Part shown: positions 16,649 through 20,000 of the stretch, one piece after another
Position numbering within the stretch: the stretch's first letter is position 1
How the letters are laid out: every line of letters starts with the position of its first letter
DNA from: Dehalococcoidia bacterium
Lineage (GTDB): Bacteria > Chloroflexota > Dehalococcoidia > DSTF01 > JACRBR01
Direction of reading: 5' to 3'
Assembly (NCBI GenBank): GCA_041494685.1
Contig: JBGQBE010000013.1
Location: 54,735 to 74,734, forward strand
Length of the DNA: 20,000 bases
Position numbers and translations under genes: made by a program
The notes under the pieces: model-generated
Seen by the model: only the letters and a program-made list of their open reading frames with translations
Database searches by the model: none
Told to the model about the DNA's origin: nothing

Positions 16649-17557
16649 GTGCGGAAATACATGTTGCTGGCGGTGCCCGTGATGCTGCTGGTCGCGGTGG
16701 CGACGGCGTGCGGTGGGGGCGGCAGCAAGACGGTCAATATACCGGGCGGCGGCAAGGTCAGCGTGAACACCGACAAACTGCCGGGAGACTTCCCGTCGGA
16801 CTTCCCGATCTACAGTGGCGCGAACTACCAGGGCAGCGTCTCCGGCGGCAGCACGACCGCGAAGGGGATCGCCGCGACCTGGCAGACGGGCGACAGCGTC
16901 GACAAGGTGAAGTCGTACTACAACGACCAGTTGAACGGCAAGAGCAACTGGAAGCAGGTCGCCACCACCGACAGCAACGGCTCCGTGTCGTTCATCTTCC
17001 AAGGCAAGGACGACTCGACTAAAGGCGGCGTAGTCGTCATCTCCACGCAGGACAACAAGACCCAGATCCTCGTGTCGGTCGGCAACGACCTGGGCGGCAG
17101 CGGCAGCGACAGCACGCCGTCGGACAGCAGTTCGAGCGGCGGTTCGTCGTCGTCCGGCAAGACCTCCACGCCGTCGAGCGGCAGTGACAGCGCCACCCAA
17201 GCGCCGTCGTCGCAGCCGCTGCCCGCCGAGGCGACGCTGTCCAGCGACTTCCCGAAGGACCGTGTGCCCTTCCCGAGCGGCGCGCGCGTCACATCGACGA
17301 GCAACATCGCCAGCGGCGGCCAAAACATGTACATCGTCGAGATCTACGTGAAGGATTCGCCGGACAACGTGAACGACTACTTCAAGAACGAACTGCCGAA
17401 GCACGACTGGACCAGTTCCACGACGGGCAACCAGAGCGGCCAGTTCTTCCAGGCCTGGGGCGGCGCCACGGAGGGCGAGGGCGTCATCGTCTCGATCGAG
17501 AAGTCGGACACCGACGGATACGCCAAGGTGTCGCTCTCGGTCACGATCAAGGGCTAG
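16649..17557 (+). CDS. Hypothetical lipoprotein with two tandem homologous domains and a Ser/Gly-rich linker
   Basis: GTG start after GAGGAGG; signal MRKYMLLAVPVMLLVAVATAC (Cys21). Repeats LPGDFPSDFPIYSGA...DSVDKVKSYYNDQL...W and LSSDFPKDRVPFPSGA...DSPDNVNDYFKNEL...W. Confidence 0.85.
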   Translation: MRKYMLLAVPVMLLVAVATACGGGGSKTVNIPGGGKVSVNTDKLPGDFPSDFPIYSGANYQGSVSGGSTTAKGIAATWQTGDSVDKVKSYYNDQLNGKSNWKQVATTDSNGSVSFIFQGKDDSTKGGVVVISTQDNKTQILVSVGNDLGGSGSDSTPSDSSSSGGSSSSGKTSTPSSGSDSATQAPSSQPLPAEATLSSDFPKDRVPFPSGARVTSTSNIASGGQNMYIVEIYVKDSPDNVNDYFKNELPKHDWTSSTTGNQSGQFFQAWGGATEGEGVIVSIEKSDTDGYAKVSLSVTIKG

Positions 17558-17587
17558 GACTGCCCGCTCGCAGCATCGCATCTCCAT

Positions 17588-17620
17588 CGAGGGCCTCAGC
17601 CGGTTGGGCTGAGGCCCTCG
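17588..17620 (+). terminator. Perfect 14-bp inverted repeat, likely terminator or stabilising hairpin of the lipoprotein mRNA
   Basis: CGAGGGCCTCAGCC-ggttg-GGCTGAGGCCCTCG, 30 nt after the stop, followed by a weak U-rich tail (TGTGTGGTT). Confidence 0.7.
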
Positions 17621-17666
17621 TGTGTGGTTCAATCCTTGTGCCGGCATCGCCCAACGAAAGTCCGCG

Positions 17667-18914
17667 ATGATCTCTGTCGAAGAAGCGCTCGCACGCATCC
17701 TGTCGCACGTCAACCTGCTTGAGCCCGAGGAGCAGCAGATCCTCGACGCGCTTGGCCAGGTCGTGGCTGACGACGTGGTCGCGCCGCTCGATATCCCGCC
17801 GCTGGATAACACCGCGATGGACGGCTACGCCGTGCGCGCCGCCGATACCACGGGCGCGGACGAATCTTCGCCGGTCGCGCTGCGCGTCGTCGGCGAACTC
17901 GCTGCCGGGTACGTGTTCGACGGCGAGGTGACGCCCGGCACGGCGGTGCGCATCATGACCGGGGCGCCCATGCCGCGCGGCGCCGACGCAGTCGTGCCGT
18001 TCGAGGAGACCGACGAGCCGTCCGGCCGCGCATTCGGATCGTTCGCCAAGTCGCGCGACGTGGTGGGCGTGCTGAAGGCGACGGCTCCCGGCGCGAACAT
18101 CCGTCGCGCGGCGGAGGACGTGCGCCGGGGCCAGCCGATCATCCCGAAAGGCACCGTGCTGCGCCCGGCGCAGATCGGCGTGCTGGCGTCGCTGGGCATG
18201 GCGACCGTACGGGTCCACCGCCGCCCCGTCGTCGCGATCCTGTCCACCGGCGACGAGGTACGAGAGCCGGGTGCGCCGCTGCAACCGGGGCAGATCTACG
18301 ACAGTAACGCCTACAGCGTCTCGGCGATGGTGCTGGCGAACGGCGGCATCCCGAAGCGGCTGGGCATCGCCAGGGACACCGTGGACGCGCTGACCGCGAA
18401 GCTCCGCGAGGGACTGGACGCGGACATGCTCGTTACGTCCGCGGGTGTCTCGCGCGGCGACTACGACGTCGTAAAGGACGTGCTGGCGAAAGAGGGCGAG
18501 GTCGACTTCTGGACCGTCCGGATGCGGCCGGGCAAGCCGCTCGCGTTCGGCGAATTCCGGTCGGGCGGGCGGCGCGTGCCGCACATCGGCCTGCCCGGCA
18601 ACCCGGTCAGCTCCATGGTTTCGTTCGAGCTGTTCGGCCGGCCGGCGATCTACAAGATGCTCGGCCGCACTGACTGGGAGCGCCCGCGCGTCCGCGCCAT
18701 CGCCGAGGAGGCGATCGCCAACACCGATGCGCGCCGCGTCTTCGCGCGTGCGATCGTCACGCAACGCGACGGCCGCTACTACGCGGCGCTGACCGGGCCC
18801 CAGGGGTCGGGCATGCTCACGTCGATGGCGCAGGCGAACGCGCTGGCGGTAGTACCGGAGGACGTGCCGGGCGTACAGCCCGGCGACGAAGTCGACGCGA
18901 TCCTGCTGGACTGA
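17667..18914 (+). CDS. moeA: Molybdopterin molybdotransferase MoeA
   Basis: MISVEEAL, PPLDNTAMDGYAVR, RIMTGAPMPRGADAVVPFE, STGDEV, IYDSN, AGVSRGDYDVVK, RMRPGKP, GLPGNPVSS, QGSGMLTSMAQANAL. Confidence 0.96.
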   Translation: MISVEEALARILSHVNLLEPEEQQILDALGQVVADDVVAPLDIPPLDNTAMDGYAVRAADTTGADESSPVALRVVGELAAGYVFDGEVTPGTAVRIMTGAPMPRGADAVVPFEETDEPSGRAFGSFAKSRDVVGVLKATAPGANIRRAAEDVRRGQPIIPKGTVLRPAQIGVLASLGMATVRVHRRPVVAILSTGDEVREPGAPLQPGQIYDSNAYSVSAMVLANGGIPKRLGIARDTVDALTAKLREGLDADMLVTSAGVSRGDYDVVKDVLAKEGEVDFWTVRMRPGKPLAFGEFRSGGRRVPHIGLPGNPVSSMVSFELFGRPAIYKMLGRTDWERPRVRAIAEEAIANTDARRVFARAIVTQRDGRYYAALTGPQGSGMLTSMAQANALAVVPEDVPGVQPGDEVDAILLD

Positions 18915-18915
18915 G

Positions 18916-19191
18916 CTACATCTCCATGCCGAACCGCGAGAAGCCCGCGCCGGCCTCGCTGTACTCGCTTTCGACCGCGTCGACGCGGGCGAAACGCGGG
19001 CCGGTGTGCAACATCTCCAGCAGCGCCGCAAGCGCCTCGTCGTCGCCCTCAGCGACCAGTTCGACACACTGGCCATCGTCGCCGTTTCGCACCCAGCCCG
19101 TGATACCGCGCGAGGAGGCTTCGTGCCGCACGAACTCTCGAAATCCGACGCCCTGGACGCGTCCCTTCACTACCGCCTGCAGCCGTCTCAG
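18916..19191 (-). CDS. acyP: Acylphosphatase, probable CTG start
   Basis: GRVQGVGFR and GWVRN signatures. The first beta-strand (RRLQAVV) lies upstream of the track's GTG 19170. SD GGGAGGTGA (19203-19195) precedes CTG 19191, and an in-frame TGA at 19197-19195 bounds the frame. TATACT -10 at 19232-19227. Confidence 0.9.
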   Translation of the reverse strand: MRRLQAVVKGRVQGVGFREFVRHEASSRGITGWVRNGDDGQCVELVAEGDDEALAALLEMLHTGPRFARVDAVESEYSEAGAGFSRFGMEM

Positions 19192-19251
19192 CAGTCACCT
19201 CCCGTTGCCCCCGGAAAGTCGGGCTGAGTATACGGCGTAAACGTGCTTCCG

Positions 19252-19260
19252 TGCTATCCT
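19252..19260 (+). promoter_or_regulatory. Extended -10 promoter giving a leaderless fmt mRNA
   Basis: TGcTATCCT followed by exactly 7 nt (CCCCGCG) and then ATG 19268, with no SD. Confidence 0.65.
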
Positions 19261-19267
19261 CCCCGCG

Positions 19268-20000
19268 ATGCGCATCGTATTCATGGGCTCTCCCGAATTC
19301 GCCCTCCCGTCGCTCAGGGCGCTGATCGAGGCCAAGTACGAGGTCATCGCCGTCTATACGCAGCCGGACCGGCCCACGGGCCGCGGCCGCAAGCTGGCGC
19401 CGCCGCCGGTAAAGGCGCTGGCGCTGGCTCACGGGCTGCCCGTCCACCAGCCGCGCTCCATCAGCAAGCCCGAGGCCGTGGAAGCTCTGCGGGCCCTGCG
19501 GCCAGACCTCGGCATCATCGCAGCCTACGGCCAGATCCTGAAGCAGCCCGTGCTCGATGCCTTCCCGCTCGGCGTGCTGAACGTGCACGCTTCCCTGCTG
19601 CCCCGCTGGCGGGGCGCGGCGCCGATCCCGGCCGCGATCCTGGCCGGGGATGCGCGCAGCGGTGCGACGATCATGCGCGTGGCGCTGGCGTTGGACGCCG
19701 GACCGATGCTGGCGCGCGTGGAGGTTCCGATCGCCCCGGACGACACAACGGCCACGCTGACGGAGAAGATCGCCGTCGCCGGGGCGCGACTGCTGCTCGA
19801 CGTGCTGCCGCGGTACGCGGCGGGAGCGCTCCGGCCGCAGGGCCAGGACGACGCGCTGGCAACGTACGCGCCGCAGATCGCGAAGGCGGACGCGCTGATC
19901 GACTGGTCGCGCGAGAGCTCCGCACGGATCGAGCGGATGGTGCGCGCTTACGACCCCTGGCCCGTCGCCTACAGCTACCTCGCCGGTGCGCCGCTGCGCC
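19268..20000 (+). CDS. fmt: Methionyl-tRNA formyltransferase (3'-truncated by the window end)
   Basis: Hand translation: MRIVFMGSPEFALPSL...VYTQPDRPTGRGRKLAPPPVK...AAYGQIL...LNVHASLLPRWRGAAPI...LDAGP...TYAPQI...IDW...VRAYDPWP. Absent from the ORF track because there is no stop in the window. Confidence 0.96.
   Translation, partial: MRIVFMGSPEFALPSLRALIEAKYEVIAVYTQPDRPTGRGRKLAPPPVKALALAHGLPVHQPRSISKPEAVEALRALRPDLGIIAAYGQILKQPVLDAFPLGVLNVHASLLPRWRGAAPIPAAILAGDARSGATIMRVALALDAGPMLARVEVPIAPDDTTATLTEKIAVAGARLLLDVLPRYAAGALRPQGQDDALATYAPQIAKADALIDWSRESSARIERMVRAYDPWPVAYSYLAGAPLR

Noticed and set aside
17588..17620. Perfect inverted repeat as a MITE or REP element
   Set aside because: Single copy in the window, no target-site duplication, and positioned as a terminator.
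4568..19076. Many long antisense ORFs (e.g. 4568-6178, 10158-11963, 11431-13008, 16415-17812, 17547-19076)
   Set aside because: Shadow ORFs opposite well-supported genes with GC3-biased codons; no recognisable motifs.
1..20000. Defence systems, CRISPR arrays, prophage, IS elements, tRNA/rRNA
   Set aside because: None seen: no repeat-spacer arrays, integrases or transposases. The thermonuclease is a lipoprotein without a defence-island context.

Overview
GC-rich bacterial chromosomal window, densely packed with metabolic genes. The gene content (F420-type LLM oxidoreductase, HemL-like aminotransferase, leaderless genes) suggests Chloroflexota/Dehalococcoidia, which is inference only. No mobile elements, CRISPR arrays, tRNA or rRNA were seen. 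In order: 3' part of a small Cys/His protein; a complete yybP-ykoY (Mn2+) riboswitch with an overlapping intrinsic terminator upstream of a CaCA-family antiporter; a TPR protein that seems to start at ATC; a class-III aminotransferase; a stand-alone Lrp/AsnC ligand-binding protein; a CBS-korA-korB-(Zn-ribbon-CBS) operon; an LLM oxidoreductase; a GNAT; glcDEF coupled to an Asn-type DeoD purine nucleoside phosphorylase; a PfkB adenosine kinase; a thermonuclease lipoprotein; a two-repeat Ser-rich lipoprotein; moeA; an acylphosphatase that seems to start at CTG; and the 5' part of a leaderless fmt. The strongest candidates for under-described biology are a Mn-riboswitch-controlled CaCA exchanger (putative Mn2+ exporter) and a 2-oxoacid oxidoreductase bracketed by two tightly coupled CBS proteins (putative adenylate-sensing partners). 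Non-canonical translation initiation also recurs across the window.
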